Shown here: in pieces, positions 1 through 10,163 of the stretch
Layout of the letters: each line of letters opens with the position of its first letter
How positions within the stretch are numbered: position 1 is the first letter of the stretch
Origin: Thermoprotei archaeon
Lineage (GTDB): Archaea; Thermoproteota; Thermoprotei; Thermoproteales; B15-G16
NCBI GenBank assembly: GCA_003649205.1
Contig: QMRC01000002.1
Location: forward strand, 1-64,000
Reading direction: 5' to 3'
Length of the DNA stretch: 64,000 nucleotides
Program-made: the position numbers and the translations under genes
Notes under the pieces: model-generated
Database searches by the model: none
What the model was told of the DNA's origin: nothing
What the model saw: the letters and a program-made list of their open reading frames with translations, nothing else

Positions 1-2340
1 ATTGGTGATGGTGGTGAGGAGGCTTATGGTGTAGCTAGTCTCGATGCTAGTGGTAATGCTTGGGCTAAAGTTCAAAATACCACGGTTGGTACTTCAGCTA
101 GTGCTTCAGTTAGTTTCGATAAGCATTGGAGTGAGAGATTGGAGGAAGATGGTCAGAAGAGTAAGAGGAGTAGTGACTACAAGAGTGATGACCTTAGTTA
201 CCCTGATAGGTATGAGTGTGGTTTAGATGGTGAGGTTGAGGTATATGTTGCTGCTCGTGTATATAATGCGTATGGCTATACAGCTATTGAATCCGATGCA
301 CATGCATCTGCTGGAGCAGAAATAGAGGCTGAGGCCAGTGGTGGAGGTGGTGAAAGTGGGGAGGAGGTTGAGCTTCGTATCTGGATTTCTAGAGCTAAGA
401 AACATTCCTACTGTAACTACATTAGGTGGGTTAGTTGGGATCCACCAGGTAGTGTAGTTGTTTGGATTGATGGTGTAGAGTACGGTATCTCTGGAAGTAG
501 CTTCAAGACCTATATCTCTAAAGGCATGCACAGGATCAGGATAGAGAAGCTGAAAGGTGACATTGTTCAAGGTAGGTTTAGCTTCTGGTCTAGACACCAA
601 CCAAGTTACAAGAGGTGGAACCTATTTCAGAATGAGGTTGAGGTGGATGTTAAGAAGAAGACTATTCTCGTTGCACACTACAGAATACATACCTTCATTA
701 CCGAGCTGAAGTACGACTACGATAAGCAGGAAATTGTTGGTAGGGTACTTGATGAGGATGGTGATCCAATAGCTAAGAAAGTGTATCTTGAGTTCTATAA
801 GTACGTACAGTGTAGGCGTAAGGTAGTTCTCTACTGGATTGATGATAGGGGTAATGAGCACCTGATTAGTGATGACGTTGAGATGGACGACAATGGCTAC
901 TTCAGGTACAGCTTCAAGCTACCGGATAACTGTGTTCGAATTAAAGCAGTGTATTCACCATACTGGGAGGATCAGCCAGGTAGCAATGCATACGGAGATG
1001 AGTGGGCATACATGTATAGTGAGAAGGTCGTTAACCTAGATAGGCACTACTCAGTTCTTCACGTTAGAGCACAGGGTACTGATGGTACTTCGCTATCGGT
1101 GAAGATTACCTACTTTGGTGATTTCTCTGGTATGGATTACACGCCATTTAACATAGAGAAAGAGGTCTACGGTAGGTCTTCAGCTTTCACGGTAATGTTA
1201 ACAGCACCAGCTGAGGTAACGGTGAGTGGTGCTAGGTACGCATTTATCAAGTGGGTTATTAGTGGTAGGGAGTATTCTTCGGTAAGTGTTGAGGTTCAGG
1301 TACCTGACAATAGTGAGTTGACTGCTGTTGCTATGTATGAGTGTGTCTCTGTTCCTGTTGTGGTTGCTCTTCCTTATGAGGATGTCTGTGTTGTTTTACC
1401 TGTTTCTGGTAGGGTTCTTGTCAATGTTTCTTCTCTATTTGATGTACCTAGTGTCCTCTATGTTAAGTTGTATCGTGATGTTTCTTGTCCTGTTGTTCTG
1501 AGGTGCCCTATTTGGTTGGATACTTCTTCTCTTCCTGAATTGAATGTTGCTTACCGTAATTCTACACACGTTGTTGCTAGGTTGCTTACTCCTCTTGTCT
1601 ATGGTAATTGGTGTATGGTTGGTGATTTACTTAGGTGTGTTAGGGGTGGTGTTACTTATGCTGTCTACGATGTTTATGTGAATTGTTCTCCTGTCTGTAG
1701 AGTTGTTGTTAATGATGTTGATTTCGAGGTCTATGGTGTGTACAATGGTTCTGGTGTTTGGGTGATCTGTGGTATCTTCTATAGGTGGGGGTTCCCTGCT
1801 GATGTTGGTGTTGATTGTTCTCGTGTTAGACCTACTCAAGATCTCAAGGTTGTTCTTCGTATTGGTGATGTGTGCTATGTCCTTAGGTCTACTGTAGATG
1901 TTGTTCCTGAGTGGGTTCTTGATGGTGTTTGGTTTGTTCGAGGGAATGTTACTTATGTTGGTTTGTTTCTCAGGTATGGTCTTCTTGCTGGGTTGTTTGA
2001 TTGTGGTTTTGGTTTGTTGAATGTTTCGGTTAGTTGGTGGCCTTGTGGTGTGTTGCCTCTTGTTTACCCGAGGGTTTTTCCTGTTGTTCCTGTTTGTCTT
2101 GAGGTTGTTGAGGTTCTTGATGAATATTCGTTCGTTGTTAGGGCTGTTGCTCTGAATGGTTCTGCTGTTGCTGGTGGTTACGTTGTTGGTAATGGGTACG
2201 TGGTCTCTATTCGAGATCTTGGTAGTGGTTTGTTCTTAGTCAATACATCTGTACCTATTGGCTCTGGTCTTGTTGTTCTTAAGTATGTCCCTCCTCCTTC
2301 TCGTGGTGTTATCTACTACTCTCTTGAGGTTAGGTTGTGA
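1..2340 (+). CDS. Large beta-rich surface/adhesin-like protein, 5'-truncated by the window edge
   Basis: Frame 1 is open from base 1 (IGDGGEEAYGVASLDASGNAWAK...) into the 733-aa ORF. It has Ig-like beta-strand character, an InlB-B-repeat-like segment (LTAPAEVTVSGARYAFIKWV) and many NxS/T sequons, and lies next to pilin-like genes. Confidence 0.65.
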   Translation: MGDGGEEAYGVASLDASGNAWAKVQNTTVGTSASASVSFDKHWSERLEEDGQKSKRSSDYKSDDLSYPDRYECGLDGEVEVYVAARVYNAYGYTAIESDAHASAGAEIEAEASGGGGESGEEVELRIWISRAKKHSYCNYIRWVSWDPPGSVVVWIDGVEYGISGSSFKTYISKGMHRIRIEKLKGDIVQGRFSFWSRHQPSYKRWNLFQNEVEVDVKKKTILVAHYRIHTFITELKYDYDKQEIVGRVLDEDGDPIAKKVYLEFYKYVQCRRKVVLYWIDDRGNEHLISDDVEMDDNGYFRYSFKLPDNCVRIKAVYSPYWEDQPGSNAYGDEWAYMYSEKVVNLDRHYSVLHVRAQGTDGTSLSVKITYFGDFSGMDYTPFNIEKEVYGRSSAFTVMLTAPAEVTVSGARYAFIKWVISGREYSSVSVEVQVPDNSELTAVAMYECVSVPVVVALPYEDVCVVLPVSGRVLVNVSSLFDVPSVLYVKLYRDVSCPVVLRCPIWLDTSSLPELNVAYRNSTHVVARLLTPLVYGNWCMVGDLLRCVRGGVTYAVYDVYVNCSPVCRVVVNDVDFEVYGVYNGSGVWVICGIFYRWGFPADVGVDCSRVRPTQDLKVVLRIGDVCYVLRSTVDVVPEWVLDGVWFVRGNVTYVGLFLRYGLLAGLFDCGFGLLNVSVSWWPCGVLPLVYPRVFPVVPVCLEVVEVLDEYSFVVRAVALNGSAVAGGYVVGNGYVVSIRDLGSGLFLVNTSVPIGSGLVVLKYVPPPSRGVIYYSLEVRL

Positions 2341-2349
2341 GGTGGTTGT

Positions 2350-2685
2350 GTGCTAGATCACGTAGTTAACTTTGTTGTGTTTGTTCTTGTTGTGTCTGCT
2401 ATGTTGTTTATCTTCTCTATCTACTGCTCTAGGGTTTGGTTTGGTGTTGACTATCTTGAGTCTTGGTGCTTTCTCGAGGAGGTTGCTCGTAACTTCACGC
2501 GTGGTCACGTACCTGGTGTTGATCACTCTTGTGTTTGTGTGAAGTTCTTTAGGTATGATCATTGGGTTGGTGAGATTGTTCTAGTTGACGAGATTTACTT
2601 CGGTAACTGTACTGGTGGTTCTGTTGTTTGCTTTACGTTTAGGTACTTGAATGATTGTCTTGTTTTGTTTGAGTTGTGGAGGTAG
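2350..2685 (+). CDS. Small N-terminally anchored pilin-like/membrane protein
   Basis: GAGGTGG RBS. N-terminal hydrophobic helix followed by a short beta domain. Directly follows the large surface protein. Confidence 0.55.
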   Translation: MLDHVVNFVVFVLVVSAMLFIFSIYCSRVWFGVDYLESWCFLEEVARNFTRGHVPGVDHSCVCVKFFRYDHWVGEIVLVDEIYFGNCTGGSVVCFTFRYLNDCLVLFELWR

Positions 2686-3990
2686 TTACATTGCGTATCT
2701 CAGTATTAGGTATGGTGCTGATAGCCCTACAGTTGTTAGCATTACTGGCATTCCGTACTTGAGGAATTCTGTGAATGATATGTGGTATCCGTGTTTATCA
2801 GCTATTCCTGCTACTACTACGTTTGCACTAGCTCCGATTAGTGTTCCGTTACCTCCTAGACAACCACCGAGGCTTAGTGCCCAGTAGAGTGGTCTTGGAT
2901 CTATGTTTAGTGTTGTTGATATTATTGAGATTACTGGTATCATGGACATGACGAATGGTATGTTGTCTATGAGTGCTGATGCTATAGCTGATATCCATAG
3001 GATGAGCATGAGTAGCACCTTGAGGTCTTGTGAAGATGCTAGTATTGAGTTTGCTATGAACCTTATTACACCGAGTTCCTCAACACCTTTGATCACTATG
3101 AACATACCCATGAAGAAGACTAGTGTTGGCCAATCAATGTCCTTGATCACGTCCTCTAGGTTTATGCTCTTTCTCAGTAGTAGCATGAGTACTCCGGCGC
3201 CTATCATTGATGGTATTGCTGGTGGGTACTTGAAGATGTCTTCAAGGAAGAAGAGGGAGATTGCTATGGTGAATGCTATGAGGACTTTCTTCAGCATACT
3301 CTTCTCAATTGGTCGAGTGGGGTGGTGTAGTTCCGATAACCCTAGTAGCTTCACCTGTCTCCTATATGCCGTGAACCAGCTTCTGAAAAGTAGCTTTGTC
3401 AGTGCTATGAATGCTATGAAGTCAATGACCACTATCGGTGTTAGGTTCCTGATGAACTCCATGAATCCCAGCTTAGCTACTGAGCCAATTAGTATGTTTG
3501 GTGGATCACCTATCAGGGTAGCTGTTCCACCTATATTCGATGCGAAGACTACTGATAGCAGTAGGGGTCTTGGGTCAATACCCAATCTCCTACATAAGCT
3601 AATGACTACAGGTGAGACTAGTAGTACTGTCGTTACGTTGTCTATGAAGGCTGATACCACTGCTGTGAAGCTACTAAGCACCACGACTAGAACAAATGGT
3701 TTTCTGCAGAATTTAACCAGCATTCTAGATGCTATGTAGTCGAAGACACCAGTTCTGCTGAGTACACCTACCATCGACATCATGCACATTAGTAGGAGGA
3801 TTGTATCCAGGTCAACACCTTCAAGTAGTGTTCTGAAGCTTGTGAAGTGGAGTACGATATTTAGTCCCACGACTAGTCCTGCACCGACAATTGCTACTGC
3901 TGGTCTTGGGAGTAGTTCTAGACCTAAGAGTACGTAGACTACTGCCAATACTGCAAATCCTAGAGCTAGGTTTAGTGGGTCTGGATTCAT
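2686..3990 (-). CDS. ArsB/NhaD (SLC13-type) ion transporter
   Basis: Motifs SAFIDNVTTVLL, ASNIGGTATLIGDPPNI and LGGNGTLIGASANVV. About 11 TM helices. Confidence 0.92.
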   Translation of the reverse strand: MNPDPLNLALGFAVLAVVYVLLGLELLPRPAVAIVGAGLVVGLNIVLHFTSFRTLLEGVDLDTILLLMCMMSMVGVLSRTGVFDYIASRMLVKFCRKPFVLVVVLSSFTAVVSAFIDNVTTVLLVSPVVISLCRRLGIDPRPLLLSVVFASNIGGTATLIGDPPNILIGSVAKLGFMEFIRNLTPIVVIDFIAFIALTKLLFRSWFTAYRRQVKLLGLSELHHPTRPIEKSMLKKVLIAFTIAISLFFLEDIFKYPPAIPSMIGAGVLMLLLRKSINLEDVIKDIDWPTLVFFMGMFIVIKGVEELGVIRFIANSILASSQDLKVLLMLILWISAIASALIDNIPFVMSMIPVISIISTTLNIDPRPLYWALSLGGCLGGNGTLIGASANVVVAGIADKHGYHISFTEFLKYGMPVMLTTVGLSAPYLILRYAM

Positions 3991-4073
3991 AGTTCCTTGA
4001 TACCGTAGTCGTGTGTTATCACCACGTGGTTATTACGCCTTTCGGTTTGGTGTCTAGTTTGTTTACGTAGTTA

Positions 4074-4340
4074 TCATGGCGGTACTACAGTGCTATTACC
4101 TACACGCGGTGGGACTATTTTTACTATTGTAGTTCCGTTATTGAGTTTCTCGATTGTGATGAGGTAGTTGCTATATATCGAGATCTTGGTCCCTACCTCT
4201 AGTAGGTGTATGGATGTCTCTACTGCGAGTTTACGTAGGTGTTGCTGTAGGTATGTGGTAGCGTGTAGTGTACCTATGTAGATGTTCCAGGCTAGTACTA
4301 GGATCAGTGCTAGTGCTGTGAAGTAGATCAGGTACATCAA
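4074..4340 (-). CDS. Small pilin-like membrane-anchored protein
   Basis: N-terminal hydrophobic helix and short beta C-terminus. Last gene of the pilus operon. Confidence 0.5.
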   Translation of the reverse strand: MMYLIYFTALALILVLAWNIYIGTLHATTYLQQHLRKLAVETSIHLLEVGTKISIYSNYLITIEKLNNGTTIVKIVPPRVGNSTVVPP

Positions 4341-4369
4341 TACATCAGGTAGTGACGTGGCTACTCACC

Positions 4370-4744
4370 TCACTTCAATGCTATACCTATCACATATAGT
4401 ACAACTCCCCCTCTTGTCGGTACGATGAACTTTAGTGGATATACTTCCGTGACGTTGCTCTGAAGTACTAATCTCCGTGAATTCACTACCTCAGTGCAGT
4501 TACCTAGCTTCAGTACCCTCACCTCCACATACACTATCTTTGGCCCAACTACTTTCTGAAGTTGCTTCAGCACCCAGGTTGTGTTCAGTAACTTATCCCT
4601 CGGTGCATGTACAAGGAGGTAGTTCACTACTCTCTGTGTTGTCTGTAGGTGCTGTGTTGTTGATATGTGTGGTGTAGTTACGTAGAGGTATGTAGTGAAT
4701 ATTGCTAGTGCAATGACCATGAATATTATCTCTAGTGCTCTCAC
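4370..4744 (-). CDS. Minor pilin-like protein
   Basis: MRA-LEIIFMVIALAIF resembles a class III signal with an acidic residue near the cleavage site. GAGGTGAGG RBS. Confidence 0.55.
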   Translation of the reverse strand: MRALEIIFMVIALAIFTTYLYVTTPHISTTQHLQTTQRVVNYLLVHAPRDKLLNTTWVLKQLQKVVGPKIVYVEVRVLKLGNCTEVVNSRRLVLQSNVTEVYPLKFIVPTRGGVVLYVIGIALK

Positions 4745-4753
4745 GACCTCACC

Positions 4754-5986
4754 TCACTGTATCGGTACTAGGTAGTGTCCATACGTGAAGCATAGCCAAG
4801 TCACTGCTGCTGTAGTGGGTAGGTATAGGGTGAAGTACATCGGGTTTAGTTCTCTAAAGAGTGCTACTACTATGCTGAATACCACTGCTGATGCTGTGAG
4901 TAGGGTGGTAGTTAGCTCTTTTACGAGATTTACATCTACTGGTTGTAGTACTGGTAGTGGTGTGGGTATTGGTCCCTGTAGTGAGTAGTGAGCTAGTGTG
5001 GTGTGTACCTTCAGTACTATGGATGCTGCTACTGTCATTAGTCCAAGCGCTATCACTGCGTAGATTGCTGTGTAGGTTAGTCTAATCCTTAGGTCGGTAA
5101 TGAACTTCCGAAGCAATGTCGCGTATTGATGTAGCTGAGACGCATCTGATCTAGTACTTCGGAAGAGTAGTGTTAGGTATAGTGTTAGTGCTAGGGCCTT
5201 AGTTATTGGTGCTCTATACCTAAGCAACTTGCTGACATCCTCTATACCTAGCTCTATTGGTGAGGCGGTTGGTAGTACCTGTAGCTTCTCGATTAAGGTC
5301 ACTACTTCATTGAAGCTATCTACTGATTTCCTGTAGTACTTCACTGTCTGTGGTAGCGATGCTATTGATGAGGTGAGTATTGCGAGTAGTGGATCTCTAG
5401 TCACTAGGTAGATTGCTGGTGTTAGTACGAGGGGTATGTACGTTGTGTATGGTGGATTCTCAAATGTTGAGTACTCTAGTGGTATTAGTGATGCCGTTAC
5501 TATAGCTGTTACTGTGATGGATAGTGCTAGTGATGTGTAGAATACGTAGGGTATTGCTGGTCTTAGTGTTGGTATGAAGAGGAGTATGAGTGATATCATT
5601 AGTGGTGCTGTGAAGAGTAGTGTGAATATGATCTCTAGGTTCATTGCTGTTCTCTCTGCAATGACTTCGCTTCTAATTCGGAGTTCATTGAGTTCGTGCT
5701 CTAGTTTGTTTCTCAGGATTTGTTTTGAACCTAGGAGTTGTGCTTCCTTAATGTACTTGATGACCTCTATGAATTTATTGTGGAAGTTTAGTTTCCTTAG
5801 CTTGATCTCACTTAGCTCACTAGGTATGTAGTTGAGGATACCGAGTTTCTTTAAGAATGTAATTGTTGATATTGGTGGTAATGGGGATGTTGCTGTGATT
5901 ATGAGTAGTTGTATGTAGCTTCTACGGGTCATGTACCAGTTCCGTAGTCTACCTATGAACTCTCTGAAGGGGTTAAGTAGTTTCAG
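4754..5986 (-). CDS. Type IV pilus platform membrane protein (TadC/ArlJ-like)
   Basis: Two repeats of a cytoplasmic domain plus TM helices, directly downstream of the secretion ATPase. The frame stays open upstream of ATG 5932 to a CTG at 5986 that overlaps the ATPase stop codon. Confidence 0.7.
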
Positions 5987-7245
5987 TGAGGTTTCACCTC
6001 CTTTAGCTCTTCAAAGCTGTACCTTTCCGAGTTTACGTGGTGAATTTGCTTCAGCTCTTCGTATAGAGTTGTGGTATCTTCTCTCACTATGGATCTGAAG
6101 CTCCTTAGTAGGTCTATGAATGTGTCTTCAGGTAGGTACGTACCATCTACATAGACTGGTACTAGGGATTTAGTGAGTGGATTCGATATGTAGACCTCAC
6201 TTACCTTCCTCAAGATTGTATCTCCACCAATGACTACCCTAGTTACTACGAAGGTATCAATGTAGTCTAGTATCGATGCTCTTGGTATGTGTTTACGAAG
6301 TTCATTACTTAGGGTCTTTATTGCTTTAAGTATTGTCGATGCATGGTATGTAGATGCTGTTGGTATGCCTCTAATCCTAATCCAGCGATCAATATCTGCA
6401 TGAGTTAGCTCACCTAACACTATGAGATTTGGTCTTTCGTACTGTATTGCTTCTTCGAGTAGCTGTCTTACAGGTCTCGAAGGTGTTGCTAGTAGTCTAG
6501 AGATGAAGGGTGAATTGGGTAGATTTAGCTCTGGTACTGTCTCGATTACGCAAATTCTCAGGTGTGGATGTAGTTCAGTTATCGTAGTGAGTATGGAGTT
6601 AAGTAGTGTTGTCTTACCTGAACCACTTGGACCAACTATTAGGGTGTTTCCAGAGAGTACCAGTGTTATCAACCTAGCAGCTAGTAGAGGCTCGACAATA
6701 CTCGTTAGCTTAGGAACCTCTATTACTCTGGTTGCCGTTAACTCAAGACCCCTCTCTACACTGTACTTGAAGTATAGTCTAAAGCCACAGAATTCACTAA
6801 CTGCTGTGGGTTCAGCTAGTGATACTCTAGATCGAGAGTGTATTGCTAGATTTAGAATTGCTCTCGCTACGTCTTCTCTACTAAATGTCGGGAATACAGC
6901 TCTTAACCTACCGTACCTCCTATGTGATACACCTATTTCACCTGCTATGAAGAATTCGTAGATATTTGGATTATCAATCAATGCCTTGAGAGGACCCCAT
7001 ACATCGTCTACGGTAGATGGGTATATCACTACCTCTCGTCTATCTAGGTAGATGTGGTAGCTGTGACCGGAGTACACCTCTACTACGTAGTTGAGAGATT
7101 GCTCACTGTTATTAAGAAGGTAACTCACTGAGTTCTCAGTCCTTAACTGAGGTACAGAGTCTACAGTGTGCTCAGCAGTGTACTCACCTAAGCTCTTCTC
7201 AAGTTCTTTAACGACCTTACTTATGGACTTACTCCTCAGGAACAC
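5983..7245 (-). CDS. Type II/IV secretion ATPase (TadA/VirB11-like), divergent
   Basis: Walker [10 protein letters not shown], Asp-box IETVPEL, Walker [10 protein letters not shown] and His-box STYHA. Confidence 0.88.
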
Positions 7246-7603
7246 CTACTTCACCACTATCCCCGTCGTAATGCTCAAGAAACTTGATCAAACCTATCAA
7301 CCTATCACGAAGCACTACGTACTTCCTCCTCTCTTCCTCTAATCGCTGAATCTCCCTATCCAGTACCTCAATTCTGGAGCTGAGTTCATCCACGTACTTC
7401 CTCAGTAAATCACGAAATCTCGAAGTATCTACTAGGAGATCTAGGAGTAGCGACAAGACCTGATTTTCAGAGAGATCAGACCTAGCTCCTATAGCTGAAG
7501 TCTCACAACCTTCACGATGACTCTCACCAACACTCTGATCCTTCACTTCTTCACTACGTAGCTTAAGTCTTTTCCTACCAACAACCTCACCCATACCTCT
7601 CAC
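7229..7603 (-). CDS. Coiled-coil protein with low-complexity N-terminus
   Basis: Heptad pattern ([22 protein letters not shown]). Overlaps the MinD-like gene and the ATPase gene. Confidence 0.7.
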
Positions 7604-8388
7604 CTACATAACCTATACACATACCTACAGGACCTCCTGATATCATAGATGAACTTACATAGGTTAACTAGGTCTTGCGAGAACTGTTTCGATAATCTAC
7701 CAAATTTAAGGAAGTACTGTAGTCCTTGACCTAGTAACTCTAGACTACTCTCAAAGGACACTGTGTAGACTACAGGAAAGACCTCACCTAGCTTAAGCTT
7801 TAGGTCGAGAAATTCCTTCCTGTACTTGTTGAGAACAGCAACTACATACCTATCTCCAGGTATCGGGAGTTTAGTTACGTACTTCACTGTGAGTTCTGAA
7901 CAATCACTAACTAGGACAACTACATCACACGAGGTAGCTAGCTCATGGTGGTACTTACTGACTGAGGAGGGGAAGTCGAGGACTACTAAGTCGAATTCCT
8001 TCTTCAGTACTGGAAGTACGTGACGTAGCTTCAGTAGTATGTCGTCTGTAACTAGTACGTCGCTACAGGATACGAAGTATAGTCTAGATTCCTTACCATT
8101 GAGGTTAATTCTGTACTCGCAGAGATCTACTTCATCAGCCTTAACAAGGTCGACATATGTTGGGGGTACAATTCTTGAGAATAGTATGTAGGTTGCTGAG
8201 TTGACCTCGTAGCCGAGGTCTATAAATAGGACACTTGGTCTCTTAGGTACCTCAATTGCTGATATGAGGAGACTAGTGAGGAGAGATAACGTGGTCTTAC
8301 CAGTACCTCCACGTGAACCAGAGTAGAAGGCTACTGCTAATCCACTACTCAGAATCCTCACCCCCACTATGCTCAGTACTGAGGACAC
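7600..8388 (-). CDS. MinD/ParA-family ATPase (TadZ/CpaE-like)
   Basis: Deviant Walker A SGSRGGTGKTT, VLFIDLG, FDLVVLDFP and VLNKY. The true start may lie slightly downstream. Confidence 0.85.
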   Translation of the reverse strand: MSSVLSIVGVRILSSGLAVAFYSGSRGGTGKTTLSLLTSLLISAIEVPKRPSVLFIDLGYEVNSATYILFSRIVPPTYVDLVKADEVDLCEYRINLNGKESRLYFVSCSDVLVTDDILLKLRHVLPVLKKEFDLVVLDFPSSVSKYHHELATSCDVVVLVSDCSELTVKYVTKLPIPGDRYVVAVLNKYRKEFLDLKLKLGEVFPVVYTVSFESSLELLGQGLQYFLKFGRLSKQFSQDLVNLCKFIYDIRRSCRYVYRLCR

Positions 8389-8554
8389 GCTCTAGCTCAT
8401 GACAGATGTCAGCGAGAGAAGCCCCATCTAGTAGATCACACCTACCGAGTACAGTGAGCTTGCGTACTCTAGCAACCTCACAGTACATAGCATGAACACA
8501 TCTACACCTTACGTAACACCTCAATCTCTCACGAAGTACTCTAAGCAAGTCCAT
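8345..8554 (-). CDS. Small Cys-rich hypothetical protein
   Basis: AGGTGA RBS, fills the operon gap, and has CxCxHxxxC...C residues. Confidence 0.5.
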   Translation of the reverse strand: MDLLRVLRERLRCYVRCRCVHAMYCEVARVRKLTVLGRCDLLDGASLADICHELERVLSTEHSGGEDSE

Positions 8555-8566
8555 AGGTCAATCACC

Positions 8567-9154
8567 TTACTCGATACGTACCTCATACACGTGAACTCTC
8601 CAGTAACCAGGACCAAAGCGCCACGTCTGCACTTCACCACTATCTTTGAGCAGCTTAATCACTAGATCTGAACTGGTGTAGAGTGAGTAGGTTATCCTCA
8701 AGCTCTCACGAATGAGTAGGTATGCACGCTGACCAGTAGTGGCTGAGTAGTACTTGAGGTAGAGATCATTGCCTAGGGTAAGTACTTGAATACTCGATTC
8801 AAGGTATGTACTTGTTGAGTTAGATCTCAGAGACCACACTGATCCCTCTATGCTCTTAATTGGGTAGCTACATCTAAAGACCAATCTCACATAAGATACC
8901 TCGCGTAGTATCGTCAGATTCCCTGCTGAAATTACCAGAGTTGCATTGTGGCTTTCAGCCCATAGCGCATAGCCTAGACGTAGCTCACGAGCATTACCTT
9001 CGAGCATTTGCTGAAGTTTGAGCAAGTACTCGAGACTAGGGACATCACAGTACGATACCTTTGAACGAAGTACAGTAACTACATGAAGACCAGTGGATAA
9101 TGCTACAACAGCGCAGACAAGCAATATCAATAAGGTCAGTAAGTGAGTTGACAT
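8567..9154 (-). CDS. Pilin-like protein
   Basis: N-terminal hydrophobic helix then a beta-rich domain. Coupled to neighbouring genes. Confidence 0.6.
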   Translation of the reverse strand: MSTHLLTLLILLVCAVVALSTGLHVVTVLRSKVSYCDVPSLEYLLKLQQMLEGNARELRLGYALWAESHNATLVISAGNLTILREVSYVRLVFRCSYPIKSIEGSVWSLRSNSTSTYLESSIQVLTLGNDLYLKYYSATTGQRAYLLIRESLRITYSLYTSSDLVIKLLKDSGEVQTWRFGPGYWRVHVYEVRIE

Positions 9155-9155
9155 A

Positions 9156-9548
9156 TCACCACCTCACTGCACGTACCTCAACAAGTCCTTGCTCAAGACA
9201 ACGTAGCTGAATAATTGCCAATCCATGTAGTTCAAGTACATTGTGTGTAACGACAGGTAGTTTAATCACGGTATACTCCGTATCTAGGTACCTCATCCCA
9301 TGCGGTAGTACAGTGAAGAGAGAGTGAGGAAGTATCATCACCGAATTCTCGATAATAACGGGTTTGCTAAAGTAAAGTATCAAGACCTTACTGCTACCGT
9401 AACCTAGCTCACTAACCCTGTAGATTTCAGCAATCAACACCTTAACGCTATACTCTACATCACTTGGATAGCTAATGTTCCAAGATGATGCCACTACAGC
9501 GATTGCCACAGCTACTATAACAGTAAGCAGGAGCTGTTGAGTACTCAC
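9156..9548 (-). CDS. Pilin-like protein
   Basis: MSTQQLLLTVIVAVAIAVVA N-terminus. GTGA start/stop overlap. Confidence 0.6.
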   Translation of the reverse strand: MSTQQLLLTVIVAVAIAVVASSWNISYPSDVEYSVKVLIAEIYRVSELGYGSSKVLILYFSKPVIIENSVMILPHSLFTVLPHGMRYLDTEYTVIKLPVVTHNVLELHGLAIIQLRCLEQGLVEVRAVRW

Positions 9549-10153
9549 GTACTCAACACCTCGAGCTTAATTCCATACTCATCACTGAGGGTGTAGTTGC
9601 TGTAGGTTAATGATATGTAGAGTATCCACGTACCGTTACCTAGGTACTCAAGATGTGCAACACCAAGCCTATCCCTGAGGATCGGGAAGATAATTACCTG
9701 TGTGCTAGGTACCAGGTATCTGTGCACGTATGTTATGAGGAACTTCCTGTACTCTATGAACTCTGTAACCCCATACCCAACCTCAACACAGTTGTAATAT
9801 AGATTCACTACGAGAGGTAGATTAGTCACTACAGTAATGTTGAAGTAGTTAGTTGATCTACTGAGGTACAGTGTGTAGTTCAGGTGCTGAAGTCTAGGAT
9901 CTAGACCATAGATGTGTGCTACTCTCCTCAAGGCACTTACGTAGATTCTCAACTGTCTATCTAAGGCATCGTAGCTGAGTTCACTAGAATCAGCTACAGC
10001 AGAACGTACTACAGTAATTACCTGACCTACAGGTAAATCTCTCAAGATGATTACTGGATACTGTACCCTAGCTAGTAGTGAGTAAGCTGCTAGGAGTAAG
10101 GAGGCTAGTATCAGCGCAGCAAGCAGTAGTACTTGACCCCTGAAGGACGTCAT
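9545..10153 (-). CDS. Minor pilin with class III signal peptide
   Basis: MTSFRG/QVLLLAALIL matches the [KR]G/Q cleavage motif. Confidence 0.72.
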   Translation of the reverse strand: MTSFRGQVLLLAALILASLLLAAYSLLARVQYPVIILRDLPVGQVITVVRSAVADSSELSYDALDRQLRIYVSALRRVAHIYGLDPRLQHLNYTLYLSRSTNYFNITVVTNLPLVVNLYYNCVEVGYGVTEFIEYRKFLITYVHRYLVPSTQVIIFPILRDRLGVAHLEYLGNGTWILYISLTYSNYTLSDEYGIKLEVLST

Positions 10154-10163
10154 GTACTATGCC

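Noticed and set aside
2903-3739. Long antisense ORFs (also 6422-6961, 19463-19921, 40473-40985, 59822-61015, 62186-63133)
   Set aside because: They are Ser/Thr-rich shadows of well-supported genes on the opposite strand.
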